Part shown: positions 51,654-63,239 of the stretch, piece by piece | Layout of the letters: each line of letters starts with the position of its first letter | Position numbering within the stretch: position 1 is the first letter of the stretch | NCBI RefSeq assembly: GCF_000143415.4 | Contig: NW_003314333.1 | Location: forward strand, 186,001 to 250,000 | DNA length: 64,000 nucleotides | Direction of reading: 5' to 3' | Source of the DNA: Selaginella moellendorffii | Lineage: Eukaryota > Plantae > Lycopodiophyta | Notes under the pieces: generated by a model | Told to the model about the DNA's origin: nothing | Database searches by the model: none | Seen by the model: the letters and a program-made list of their open reading frames with translations, nothing else | Position numbers and translations under genes: made by a program

Positions 51654-54446
51654 TCATCGTGTGTGTGCGTCTGAGAGAAGCACATAGGCCGCTCCCTCGT
51701 TAGGATCCATGCCAAGAACATTTGTGGCGGCAATGGCTCCCTGCCGGGTGTTCTTGTGGTTCCTACACGCCGCGAGCAGGCACTTCCAGTCGAGAACATC
51801 GGGTGCGAAGGGCATGCTTGCAAGCAGTTCTCTGGCAGCATCCAAATGCCCCGCTCTCCCAAGCACGTCCAGCACGCAGCTGAAGTGCTGCTTCACCGGG
51901 CGCACTCCGTAGTCTGTAGGCATCGATACCAGGCAGCTGCGGCAATCTCGCAAGTCGCCAGTGTGACTGAGAGCTGCCAGCGCCGACACGAAGCAAGCCT
52001 CGTCCGGAACCTCGCTAGCTTTCATCTCCTCGAAGATCGCCACCACCGACGGGAAGTCGCCGCAATCCGCGTGAGCCGCCAGTACTGCACTCCACGACAC
52101 TGTGCTCCGCTCCGGCATGGTGGCGAAGAGCTTGCGTAGCTCTACGAGACGCCCGCAGGCGGCCAACCCGGTGAGCATAGCATTCCAGGACACAACGTCC
52201 CGCTGCGGCATAGCGTCAAAGCAACACTTGGCATCTTCAAGCTGCCCGTTGTGCGCATAAGCAGTGAGCATAGCTGTGTCGGCAACGACGTCACTATACG
52301 GGATGCTGGCGTGGATCAGCTTTGCCTCCTCCAGGTACCCGGTGTGGGCATACGAGCACAGCAGGCAATTCCAAGACGTCACGTCCCTCTCGGGCATCTC
52401 GTCAAACGTGTGCTTGGCACTCTCCAGGTGCTCTTTCCCTTTGATGGAGTATGCCGACAGCAGCGCGTTCCACGATACGAGATTCCGCTGCTGCATCGCA
52501 TCAAACACCTCCTTGGCCTTTCGGGCATCTTGCTCCCCAGCCGCCGCTAACATCGTATTCCACCACCCGATGTCCTTGCTCTGATTGTCATGCTCGTGTG
52601 GGAGCTCAAAGGTGTGCCGCGAGGAAGACTGGAGATGGAGGTGGAGGTGGAGGATAAGATTCCATGACACACTATTCCATCTCGGCATGCTGTCGAATGT
52701 CTTCTTGGCGTTTTCAGCGTCACCGGCTTGCACATACGATGTCAGCAACGAGTTCCATGACACAATGTCCCGCTGCGGCATGGAGTCAAACAGCCCCTTG
52801 GCATGCCCAGTGTGGGCGTATGCGGCTAGTAAGACGTTCCACGCCACCACATTCCGCTCCGGCGTCGCGTCGAACACCCGCTTCGCAGATTCTACATCAC
52901 CGACGCGGGCGTACCCGGCAGCCATGCTCGCCCAAGACACCTGATTTCTCTTTGGCATCGCAGAAAAGACGAGCTCGGCATCTCGCAGCTCGCCAGCGTG
53001 AACGTAGCCACCAAGCAACGCGTTGTAGGAGATGACGTCCCGTTCAGGCATGGAGTCAAAGGCGGACTTGGCCTCAAGAAGATGGCCCCTGGAAGCCAAG
53101 GCCGAGATCATGGCATTGTGAGACACGAGATCGTGCTGTGGCATGGCAACAAAGCTCTGTCGGGCACTTTCCAGCTGCGGATCATTCAGCTGTGCATAGC
53201 CGGACAGCATCGCGTTCCAAGAGACTAGATCGTGCTGCTCCATCTCCTGGTGAAACAAGAGCTTCGCTCTGTCCATGAGACCATGTCTCGTGTACAATGC
53301 CAGCATCGAATTCCAAGAGACGAGATCTCGCAGTGGAATCTCAGTGGCAAACATTTTCTCCGCTCCATCAACGTCGCCATCGTGTGCTGAAGCCGTGAGC
53401 ATGGCATTCCATGATATCAAGCTCCTCGCGGGCATGGTTCGAAAGAGCTCTTGTGCTTCCTCCAAAAGCCCGAGTTGGGCGTATGCAGCTAGCATGGCAT
53501 TCCAGGAAACAAGATCTTTTGCAGGCATCTGGTCAAAACACTGTCGCGTTTTACTTGTGTCCCCCATTTTCGTATGAGCTGTGAGGAATGAATTCCACGA
53601 GATTATGTTGTGCCGGGGCATAGCGTCCATAAGCTTGCGCGCTTCACAAAGATCTCCGCTTTGGGCATATGCAGAGAGCATGGTGTTCCAGGAGATCAGA
53701 TTTTTAGCATGCATGCGTGAAAACAATCTCTTTGCATCATCGTAGTCTCCGGCTAGAGCCAGCGCAGCCAGCATTGCATTCCATGAGATAAGATCCCACT
53801 CGGGCATACTAGCAAAGACCTGCTTGGCAAGATACAGTTCCCCAGCCTGGGAATACGCGGTGAGCATCACATTTCCAGACGCCACGTCCCGGTCGTTCAT
53901 GGAATCAAACATCCTCCTGGCTTGCTGGAGGCGTCCAGCTTGGGTGTAGGCAGCCAGCATCGTGTTCTTACAGACCACATCCTTGAACTGGACAGGCATC
54001 CTCGCAAAAACGCTCTCCGCTTTGACAAGATGCCCGCTTCGGGAGAATGCCGTGAGCATCGCAGTCCACGACACCAGATTTCTCCCTTCCATCGAGTTGA
54101 ACAGGCGCTCCATCTCTTGCAGTCGCCCATTGCCGGCATACGCAGCCAAGAGCGCATTGCTGGCGGCGTGGTGGTGGCCACGATCACCGGGGATGGCATC
54201 GAACACCTTGCGAGCTTCTTCTACGCTCCCGCATCGGCCATACATGGCGATGAGCCGAGAGGAGAGCTGGCAATCCTGATCATCGCGTAGCATCCCGGAT
54301 CGACCGAGCTGGGCGTGGATCCGGCGGGCCGCGGTCACTTGCGTGCACGAGTGGATGAGAGCAATACATTCCGACCGCGACGGAGGCGGTGGCGACGCTA
54401 CTGCTGCTCCTGCTGCTGTGTGGAAGGCGGCATCACGCTGTGTCAT
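51654..54446 (-). CDS. PPR protein dominated by tandem short (S/SS-type, ~31 aa) motifs, truncated E domain
   Basis: 930-aa intronless ORF; long run of (D/N)xxSWNAMLxAYxxxGxxxxAxxxFxxMP repeats; ends HFSCVLDVLGRAG...AAYVLLSDAHTR. Confidence 0.93.
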   Translation of the reverse strand: MTQRDAAFHTAAGAAVASPPPPSRSECIALIHSCTQVTAARRIHAQLGRSGMLRDDQDCQLSSRLIAMYGRCGSVEEARKVFDAIPGDRGHHHAASNALLAAYAGNGRLQEMERLFNSMEGRNLVSWTAMLTAFSRSGHLVKAESVFARMPVQFKDVVCKNTMLAAYTQAGRLQQARRMFDSMNDRDVASGNVMLTAYSQAGELYLAKQVFASMPEWDLISWNAMLAALALAGDYDDAKRLFSRMHAKNLISWNTMLSAYAQSGDLCEARKLMDAMPRHNIISWNSFLTAHTKMGDTSKTRQCFDQMPAKDLVSWNAMLAAYAQLGLLEEAQELFRTMPARSLISWNAMLTASAHDGDVDGAEKMFATEIPLRDLVSWNSMLALYTRHGLMDRAKLLFHQEMEQHDLVSWNAMLSGYAQLNDPQLESARQSFVAMPQHDLVSHNAMISALASRGHLLEAKSAFDSMPERDVISYNALLGGYVHAGELRDAELVFSAMPKRNQVSWASMAAGYARVGDVESAKRVFDATPERNVVAWNVLLAAYAHTGHAKGLFDSMPQRDIVSWNSLLTSYVQAGDAENAKKTFDSMPRWNSVSWNLILHLHLHLQSSSRHTFELPHEHDNQSKDIGWWNTMLAAAGEQDARKAKEVFDAMQQRNLVSWNALLSAYSIKGKEHLESAKHTFDEMPERDVTSWNCLLCSYAHTGYLEEAKLIHASIPYSDVVADTAMLTAYAHNGQLEDAKCCFDAMPQRDVVSWNAMLTGLAACGRLVELRKLFATMPERSTVSWSAVLAAHADCGDFPSVVAIFEEMKASEVPDEACFVSALAALSHTGDLRDCRSCLVSMPTDYGVRPVKQHFSCVLDVLGRAGHLDAARELLASMPFAPDVLDWKCLLAACRNHKNTRQGAIAATNVLGMDPNEGAAYVLLSDAHTR

Positions 54447-54573
54447 GCCTTGGCCAGTGCCATAGCTGATCGATCACTCGATGAAAAGAAAAACGAGTAA
54501 AAGTGGCAAGTCAAACATCGGTAGATGGAGGAAGGTCCATCGAAGAGCACTATTTGTGGCTCTAGCCTAGCCC

Positions 54574-55650
54574 ATGATTCCCCTCCTCCTCATTCTCATC
54601 TTGTGGGCGATCGCGGGCGACGCTGATCCAGCAATTGCGCCACTGGGGATTCGCCGACATATCTCGAGCTTGCTCGGGGGCAGTAGCAGTGGTCGCCCTA
54701 GCAGCGGTGGTAGCAGCAGCATGGTCATGGATGTGTTCTACGTCTCTCACGGCTCGCCCAAGCTGCCGTTCGAGGAGCTCCCCGTCAGGGATTTCTTGAA
54801 GGGCATGGCCAAGCTGGTGAAGCACAAGCCCAAGGCGATTCTCATGGTGTCCGGCCACTGGGAGACCCGGGATCCGATGGTGAGCACCACAGCGCGCAAC
54901 CCTACCATTCACGACTTCTACGGCTTCCCTCGCGAGCTCTACGAGGTGAGATCTCTTCGCCCAGTAGGAAAAGAAGTCTCACCAGAGGCACGATTGTGGC
55001 ACAGCTCAAGTACGAGGCACCCGGTGCTCCCGACGTAGCAAGGCGAGCCAAGCAGCTCCTCCAGGACGCTGGATTCAAGCAAGCCGGCGAGGATCCCAAG
55101 CGAGGCCTGGATCACGGTGCATGGGTTCCACTGTGGCTGGCCTTCCCCGACGCCGACATTCCAGTCTTCCAGCTCTCGCTCCAGTCGCACAAGGACGCCG
55201 CCTATCACTACCGGCTGGGCCGCGCGTTAGCTCCGCTCACCCGCGAGGGCGTTCTTATCATCGGATCCGGGACTACCACCCACAACCTCCGGCACATGCT
55301 GCCCACCGTCCCGGACTGGGGGAAGGCCTTCGACGACTGGCTCTACGACTGCTTGATCCACCAGAGGTACGCGCACAAAAGCAAAGTTGGCTAGCAATGA
55401 ATGAAGACCTGATGCTCTTTCTCACAGATATGACGAAGTCACGCAGTTCATGGACAAGGCGCCGTATGCCAAGCTCAACCATCCAACACCCGACCATTTC
55501 CTTCCATTGTTGGTGGCATTAGGAGCCGCTGGAGAGGGCGCTACGGCTCAAGCAGTCCACAGGAGCTGGCATGGAAGCTTCTCCATGGCTAGCTATGTCT
55601 TCAAGCCTGCTGTTGGAGCTCCTGGGCCACAACAACAACAAGAGCTATGA
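54574..55650 (+). CDS. LigB-family extradiol ring-cleavage dioxygenase (DODA homolog, non-betalain type)
   Basis: SHGSP, SGHWET, HDFYGFP, RGLDHGAWVPL, GSGTTTHNLR, HPTPDHFLPL; three exons; hydrophobic N-terminal extension. Confidence 0.92.
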
Positions 55651-55791
55651 CTGCTGGTACACAGTTGGGTGTGAGAAAGAATAAAACTCTCTTGACAGGG
55701 CGTTGGGCATTTCTCACCCCCGCAGCTTTTCAGCGCTACTAGACAGTGAAGAAATGCGAGCTCTTTGTTTGTCAAGGAATCGCGTGTTTGT

Positions 55792-57233
55792 CTATCCTTC
55801 CATGAGACCTCTCAAGGTGACGGGGCTGCTAACCGGGGCAGCAGCCTCGGCCGGGATGGCCAGAGACTGCACCAGCAAGTCCGACACGTCCCGCATGGAG
55901 GGCCGGCTTGAAGACTCCCGCTGCGTGCACAGCCGCGCCAGCTCGCAAACCGAGTAGAGCTCCATGGGGCACACGTTGCTCATCGACTTGTCCACCAGAT
56001 CCATCATCCTGTCCCGGCTTTGTAGGAACTGCTGCGCCTGTTCAGCACCACAAACAGCATGAGCTCTTTCTTGCACAAGAGTGTGAGAGAGATTGCGTAC
56101 CCATTCCACAAGCATGCCGGTCTCCTCGGAGAAGGCCTGCTTTCCCGATAGAACCTCGAGCAGCAGCACACCAAAGGAGAACACATCCCCGGCTCGGCTA
56201 TACACTCCCCGGTGCACTATCTCCGGGTCCACGTAGCCACCCGTCTTGCGAACCAGTGCCAGCTCCGAGCTCCCAGCAATAGGCACCCTCCCCAGCCCTG
56301 TGATCTGCTCAGCTTCCCAAGGCATTCTCAATTTTCTCAGAAACTAAAGAAAGGAAAGAGTTCCCTCATTCACCATAGCCCATACCTTTGCGGCAAAGTC
56401 TTCAGTGAGGAGTATGTTGCGAGACCTCAAGTCACCGTGTATGACTGGAGGGTTGCATAGGTGGTGGAGGTATGCCAAGCCGTATGCAGCACCTACGATG
56501 ATGCGCATTCTCTGCTTCCACGAGAGGTTCTCGTCTCCTGAAACCAGGGACTCGGGGGGTCAGTTCTTCCCCCGAGACTAACGTACGTACTTATCGAGTT
56601 GCCATACCCGTATGCAGGTTCTCAAACAGCGTACCATTGGGAGCGTATTGGAAGAGGAGCATCCTGTAGGACACAGCTTTCAGAAAAACGAGCTACAGTT
56701 TCCATGCCTACCTCTCTTGTTTCTCGTCGCAGATGCCCACGAGGTTTGCCAAATGCTGGTGGTGAACGCGTGAGAGAAGCTCCATCTGGAAGCAGCAGCC
56801 GATTTATTGGGCATCTGCGCGGCCGCGGCTGCAAGAGAAGGGAAGACGCTCGTACCTGGAACCGGAAGCTGGCTTCCACATCCGAGCACTCGGCAACATC
56901 TTGCTTGAGTTTCTTGACAGCCACCTCCATCCCATCCGAGAGAATTCCCTTGTAAACCCGGTTGGTGCTCCCCTGCCCGATGAGGTTACTAAACCCCTCG
57001 CTCAGTAGCTCCACTTCCTGGAGCGTGAAGCTCAGAACGTGTCCTCTAACAGCGCCCTTGACCAGGCTCTCCTTCCCCTTGGTGCCGCCGCCGGAAGCGA
57101 CGGGAAGGACGTGGTGCTTGCCGGCCTTGAGCCTCCGGTGGATCATGATGAGCAGCTGGAAGATGGACACGACGAACACTGCCGCGGAGATGACAGACGC
57201 TGCTCCAACAATCCCAAATATCCATGTTGCCAT
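55792..57233 (-). CDS. Membrane-anchored receptor-like kinase/pseudokinase without ectodomain (MDIS/MRH1-like kinase domain)
   Basis: N-terminal TM helix; IGQGSTNRVYKG, VAVKKL, YAPNGTLFENLH, HGDLRSRNILL, ITGLG in place of DFG, GYVDPE, DVFSFGVLLLE, RPSM. Confidence 0.85.
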
Positions 57234-58145
57234 AGCTAGCTCTCGAGCATCCCAGATCTACGTCTCACCTCTCCACATTCCCTGTCTTTTCAAAGCAGGT
57301 GACCATTGCAAATTCTCGAGAAAGAGTGACGTCTCGGCGAGCCTGCATTGCCTTCGCCCCTGTTCGTCACCATGAAAAACATTTAATCTTTTGAGCCATC
57401 GTCCATTCCAAAGATCACAGACCTGGCCGATGCGAGAGCAGCAGCAGCAGCAGCAGCAGCAGCACTGGACAGCACTACTGGTGCGATATTCCGATCATGA
57501 GAGTTATGGATCATGGACCACCAAACTCCCCAGAGGCGAGGCAGTAGTGAGGAGCATCCATCAGTCCCTCTCACTTTGCCTCGCCTTTCTCCACTGTGTG
57601 CCTGCCACTTCCCTTGTTTGCTTTGATTAGAGTATTCGCTAAGGAGACTACCTTGAGAAAAAAATTCCAGGAGACAGCTTCGCTCCATGTGTCCATCACT
57701 CTGGATGACGATGACCCACACCAACGTATAATTTATGAAGTGAGTTGCGCCCTTTCTCTTTCTCTTTCTCTTTGGAGATTTAACTCCATGTCCATGCTTT
57801 GCTTCACTTTTGTTCCAAAAGGAGAAGGGAAATGGCTGTATTGTCTGCTTGTCCGTGTCGTCATCGGCATTCATCCATAGGTGTACGTAGCCACCTTGTC
57901 TATTCCAACTTTTGCCAATGTACCACCTTTGCCTTTTTCCTGCCTCGAAACTTTATTTCCTGTCAAGCCAGCCTCAGAAGAAAAGGATTGAAAACAGGAG
58001 AAACGAACGCACCGAGGACGACGATCTAGTAGCTGGTTAGTTGGAGCAAGCCCGTGCTTTGCTTTGTAGGTGGAGCACGCATAAGTTGCATGGAGCCTGG
58101 CTTTTAAGCAGTAGCCAAGTGAGATAATCGCGCCTCTGGGATGCC

Positions 58146-59272
58146 ATGAACAGCAGGAAAGTAATCTGGTACTCCTACGTGCTCTGGAGCAGCCTGCTCG
58201 GCGACAGCCAAGCACAAGGTGCGTAGAATTTTCCTCCGTTTCCTGGTCTTTGCTTGGTGGAGCCTTAACTTCATTCAAAGTTATGGCAGTAGCTCCTCCA
58301 CAGTTTGGAGTGAACTATGGCCGCGTCGCCAGCAACCTTCCCAGGCCAAACGATGTTGCCAACCTGGTGGCCGGGGAAGGGATCAGCAGGGTGAGGATTC
58401 TGGACATAGAGCCAGCGGTTCTTCGGGCATTTGCACGCTTTGGATCCCCGGTGAGAATGTCCGTCACCCTGCCCACCGAAATGATCTTCGACGTGGCCAT
58501 GAGCGAGAGCTGCGCGCGTGCGTGGTTCTACCAGCACATCTTCCCTTACAGAGCCCAGATCGAGACCATCCTCGTCGGCAACGAGATCCTCACGCTGCAC
58601 CAAGAGATGGCCAGGCTCCTGGTCCCGGCCATGGAAAACTTGCACCGCGTGTTGGTCAGCGTCGGGATGAGCCGAGCCATCCGGGTTTCCACAGCTCACG
58701 CCATGGACATCCTGGACAGCACCGATCCTCCTTCCAGCGGATCGTTTGGGAGCAAGTACCGCGAGACCCTGCGAAGAATGCTCTACTTTCTGCTCGTCAC
58801 AAACTCCTCCTTCACTGTCAACGTCTACCCATACTACGTCTACCAGCAGGACAAAGGCCGCACTGTCTCTCTCGACTACGCGCTTGGAAACGTGAGCGCC
58901 GACGCCATGATGGATCCACACACTGGCCTCAACTACACCAGCCTGCTCAAAGCTCAGCTGGACGCCGTCTACTCGGCCATGACCAAGCTGGGCTACGGCG
59001 GGGTGCGACTCGTGGTGTCCGAGACGGGCTGGCCGTCGAGCGGAGGATTTGGGGCCAGCAAGAAGAAATCCTGTCACTTCTTCTGCAACCTCCTTCAGGA
59101 GGTTTCTAGCGGAGCTGGGACGCCCTTGAGACCACACCACCCTATTCAGGCTTACCACTTTGCGCTCTTCAACGAGAACCTCAAGCGCGGCGCCGTGGAG
59201 CAAAACTTTGGTATCTTCTACCCCAACATGACCAGGGTTTACCCATGCATTTGCTCCGAGGGAGTTGACTAA
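58146..59272 (+). CDS. GH17 beta-1,3-glucanase (signal exon plus large exon)
   Basis: Exon 1 MNSRKVIWYSYVLWSSLLGDSQAQ with phase-1 intron; GVNYGR, VGNE, VSETGWPS, FALFNEN, EQNFGIF. Confidence 0.92.
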
Positions 59273-59484
59273 ATGACCATGCAGTCTACCATGGTCAAAC
59301 GCACACTGATGACTAAGCGTGGAAATGAAAAAGCCTGTGCCCTGCGCGTGTGTGTGCGCTTGCAATGGATGTAGGATCAGCCACAAGGCATGGCCTTCCT
59401 AACAGCTCGCTCGTACACAGAGAAAACTCTTAAAGTCAGCGGCATGAGGAGAGCCAAGAGAAAACTCGCCACAAACTTGTAAGC

Positions 59485-59796
59485 ATGACGGCTGTGCTGG
59501 CATCTTTGGCCGCAGTGGTGGTAGTATCGCTGCTGCTGATGAATGCCGGTGGACAACAGCGTCCGGAGCCAAATTGCGCGACGGGGCGGACGGCGACGAT
59601 TCTGAGCTACTGCCTGCCCACTGTTATTCGCGAGAGCCCGCCAAACAGCACCGTCTCACGCCTCTGTTGCAACACTCTGGCTACTTACACCTGGGACTGC
59701 CTGTGCGCCCTTGGCCCGCACCAGTTTAGATGGTTCCTCGTCTTCATGGAGGACGTCACCACCTTGTGTGGAGCCCCAGTTATCGGCTGCAAGTAA
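59485..59796 (+). CDS. Secreted 8-cysteine-motif nsLTP-like/prolamin-superfamily protein
   Basis: Signal peptide plus C-Xn-C-Xn-CC-Xn-CLC-Xn-C-Xn-C pattern. Confidence 0.8.
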   Translation: MTAVLASLAAVVVVSLLLMNAGGQQRPEPNCATGRTATILSYCLPTVIRESPPNSTVSRLCCNTLATYTWDCLCALGPHQFRWFLVFMEDVTTLCGAPVIGCK

Positions 59797-59983
59797 GTAC
59801 TATACTAGCTCCAGATTCTAGTTTAGTGTGATGCTTCATATTGTATTGGTTGTTTTTCTCAGTTTCTCCACACGCAAGAAAATCACAGGCAACGAGAGTA
59901 CACAACACGAATGATCCGCTCAAAGTAACGCTAGTGCTCTCTAGAATCAAAATAAATTTCGGACTGAGAAGTTAGTGCTTGAA

Positions 59984-61093
59984 TCAGAAAGTGATATCGT
60001 AGACCTTGGACATGTCCGGCCTAAACACCCCAAAGTTCTGCTCCGTCACGCCGGGCTTCTGGTTCTCGTTGAAGAGAGAGAAGATGTAAGCCTGCACGGG
60101 AGTGTTGGGCTTGAGAGGAGTGCCAGCGTTTGCAGCAACACGCTGGATCAAGTTCCTGTTAAAAGTGGCAGCATTGTCGAGCGAGGCACCAAAGTCACCC
60201 GCAGACGGCCAGCCGCTCTCGCTCAGCACGATGCCAACGTCGTCGTGGTTGAGCTTCCGCATGGCCGAGTAGACCGTGTCGAGCTGAGCGTCCAACAAGT
60301 TGGAGTAGTGCAAGCCCGAGTTGGAGTCATCGAAACCCGCGGCTCCCGGCTGGAGCAGAGAGTAGTCGAGCGCAAGGTTCTGTCCCTTGTCATCCCTGTA
60401 GGCGAAGTATGGATAGGCGTTGAGAAGGAGGTAGGAGCCTGTGCGTGCCAAGAAGTCGAGCACCGGTTGCATGACACTGACTCCGATGTCACTCCTAAAC
60501 ATGCCAGCCGACGGAGGGAACGCCGCATTAGCATCCAGAATGTCCATGGCGTGAGCCGTGGACACTTTGACTCTGGAAGCCACTCCCATGTTGACGAGCG
60601 ACGTGTAGATGTTGTTCATGGCCGGGACGAGCTGCGGGTTGAGTTCCGGGTTGTACTTGATCACCTCGTTCCCAACAATGACGACCGAGACGATGGACCC
60701 GTACGGCATGACGTTCCCGGCGATCCATCCGTCGGCAGCGGCTTGAGACGAGGCAACCCCGGCAATCTCCCCGTTGCCAAGAGTTATAGCCACCGGAATG
60801 CCTTGGCGCGCGAAGGCTTGGATGGCAGCGGGATCGGCATCAAATATCCGAACCATGCCAATGTTTTGGGACTTGACCAGCTGAGCAACTGCGTCTGGAG
60901 CTGGAAGGTTGTCGGCGATTCTGCCATAATTGACACCGATCGCTTGTGTTCCTGCAAACACGGAAGAAACATTTGGTATGCCAGGCAGTACGTAAAAGAG
61001 AAATCTAAAATCTATCCTGTCACACACACCTGCGATCTTGCAGCAAAGAATAAACGCGGCCAGCACAAGCTCCATACTGACAGACGGTGCCAT
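59984..61093 (-). CDS. GH17 beta-1,3-glucanase
   Basis: Signal exon MAPSVSMELVLAAFILCCKIA; GVNYGRIADNLP, VGNE, NAYPYFAY, LSESGWPS, YIFSLFNEN, EQNFGVF. Confidence 0.94.
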   Translation of the reverse strand: MAPSVSMELVLAAFILCCKIAGVCDRIDFRFLFYVLPGIPNVSSVFAGTQAIGVNYGRIADNLPAPDAVAQLVKSQNIGMVRIFDADPAAIQAFARQGIPVAITLGNGEIAGVASSQAAADGWIAGNVMPYGSIVSVVIVGNEVIKYNPELNPQLVPAMNNIYTSLVNMGVASRVKVSTAHAMDILDANAAFPPSAGMFRSDIGVSVMQPVLDFLARTGSYLLLNAYPYFAYRDDKGQNLALDYSLLQPGAAGFDDSNSGLHYSNLLDAQLDTVYSAMRKLNHDDVGIVLSESGWPSAGDFGASLDNAATFNRNLIQRVAANAGTPLKPNTPVQAYIFSLFNENQKPGVTEQNFGVFRPDMSKVYDITF

Positions 61094-61476
61094 CTCCCCC
61101 AAAAATCAAGGCTTGCAACTCGAGCGAAAACATCGTGACTCACACGTCTACTTGTCATCGTCAAAAAGCGTGTCGGTGGACCCGGACAAGTTGGTAGCGG
61201 CCACAAATCTCTTTTGGACAGCCAGTGGCTGAAATGCCACGCACTGAATAAGTGCTCCACCGGCATCCTTGAAACTATGATATCAGCCCTGTGCATCCGT
61301 ATAGAATGGATTCTCACTCATCTTGGGCATAGATCTAAAGACTAGATATGGTCTGGCTACCTGAGCAGCAAGCAAGCATCACACCGTTAGACAGACCAAA
61401 GCTCGTAAGTACCTTGAGTGCGGGGGGACCGCACAAAAACTTTTTAGAAAGACCTGGAGTACGTAGAAGACTGGAG

Positions 61477-62780
61477 CTACCAGTGCAAACTGGAGCTCCC
61501 CAAGCGAAGCAACGGGTGCGAGAAATACGCCCCCAAAGTCAGTGCTGTGATGATCAAGTAAGGTAGCCTCAGGAATTCTTTGTAGAAATCCCGTGGCAGC
61601 TTCTGTCGGCCTTGAGCTATAGCCACGAAGGGCACTACACTCGTTCTCTGCTTCACGGTCTCGAAGGCGTCGCCGTAGCGAAGGGAAAGTCGTCTGTCAC
61701 CGTTCCACACTCCGAAAAGGTGGTGAGCGAGAAGCCCGATGGACGTGGTCAGCGTGAAGGAGCTGCCAATCCATAGCGTGTGAGCAAAGCACCACATGAA
61801 CTGTCCAACCATCTGCGCGTCGAGCAGAGGAAAGGATCCATTTACAACATGAATTCGAGCTTGGACTGTGTAGCATACCTGGGGATGCCGTGTGATTCTC
61901 ATGATGCCAGTCTCCCACATATGAAGCTTGGGCTTGTCGACAGCAGCAACTTCGAGCAGATTAAACGTGGACGGATAGAGGAAGAAGAATGACGTAAACG
62001 AGAGAAGCCACACCAGCTGATGAACTCCAGGAACGTCTTGGACGTGCCATAGCTGGGCACCTTCGTATCTATGGTTGATAAAATACACCTGTGCGAACAA
62101 GTGGAGCGTAAATAAGCGCACGACTGGAAGATGTTTCGTGCTTGGTGACTGACCACGGCAGAAACTGCCAGCGGAAGCGACAGTCCAGCAAAAACAACTC
62201 GGTACGCCCTCTCGCCGATGAGCTGCTCGCCTCGGTCGCGAAAACTGGCCAGGCCACTGTGGACCAGAGCGAAAATGGCGAGCATAGCGGTGATCACGAG
62301 CTGCAAAGACACTTATCTCATGAAGAAAGAAACAAGAAAGATAGAAGAAAGATGTACCTCGGGAGAATTGTTGGTGAGCGTGGAGAGCCAGTCGACGTAA
62401 GCGGTTCCATAGCCCGTGGTTGGATCGAGCCACGCGAAGTAGAGCACCACGGTGACGGCGGCAAGAATGGCTGTAAAGTAGAGCCAGGACGAAAGCTTCT
62501 GGCTCTGGAGCTCAAACACCGCAGAGTCTTCACCCACGAGCGGAGGAGGACTTTGGTCATCGGCGCTCGCCGACGGTAGCACCTCGGACTTGTTGGAGAC
62601 GCGAGCAAAGACAAGAACTCGTCCAAGCCCATGGTAGCGTCGTGATATCGATGTTGGTGCTCCACCGATGCCAAAGCCACGAGCACCACCTCCTAGGTTA
62701 TTTACCTTTGTGATGCGCTGTTGGGCGATGGAGGGGCGAGCTACAATGGGGCAGCGCAGGCACTGCGCAGCCACGGCCAT
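61477..62780 (-). CDS. Z-ISO: 15-cis-zeta-carotene isomerase (NnrU family)
   Basis: Transit peptide; LVGEDSAVFEL, VHSGLAS, YFINHRY, FFFLYPSTFNLLEVAAVDKPKLHMWETGIMRITRHPQ, HHLFGVWNGD. Confidence 0.95.
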
Positions 62781-63115
62781 GGCCTCCTCGCTCCTCCTTG
62801 CTCAGCTAGCCCGTGTTTAGCTCATTATTCCACTCACCACATTTTCTGGTGATAACATTCCAGCGCAAGAGATTCCTGGCGAATCGGACGAACGCGCCGC
62901 GAAGGGTAAAATAGTCGCCGTAAAAACTCTCAATGTTGACGTGGTAATTTCTCCCACCGAGAATTGCGGGAACATCCCTTCTTCTATCCAGGACAAGTAT
63001 CTTCTATCCAGTTATCTCCTTGATGAGCAACATATGAGCTAAGTAACGCGGCATTGGCCGCGACCCTACAGCAACGTGCAGCCTGTTTGACTAGCCTCCT
63101 AGGCTTTTTGGATTG

Positions 63116-63208
63116 GATCCCAAGTTTCCGGATTACTCATCATTTTCTCCATCGCATCGATCCCAAGTTTCCGGAGCTCTACTCATCATTCTCTCCATCG
63201 CATCGATC
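63116..63208. repeat. ~43-bp tandem duplication upstream of the last gene
   Basis: GATCCCAAGTTTCCGGA...TACTCATCATT.TCTCCATCGCATC occurs twice. Confidence 0.85.
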
Positions 63209-63239
63209 ATTCCATTCCACTCCATAGCTTGGGTCGGTG

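Noticed and set aside
54574-55650. Betalain-forming DODA
   Set aside because: Has the HNLR motif of non-betalain LigB homologs.
58271-59386. 371-aa antisense ORF over GH17, and the 387-aa one at 59975-61138
   Set aside because: Codon-register shadows of GC3-rich GH17 genes; no recognisable domain.
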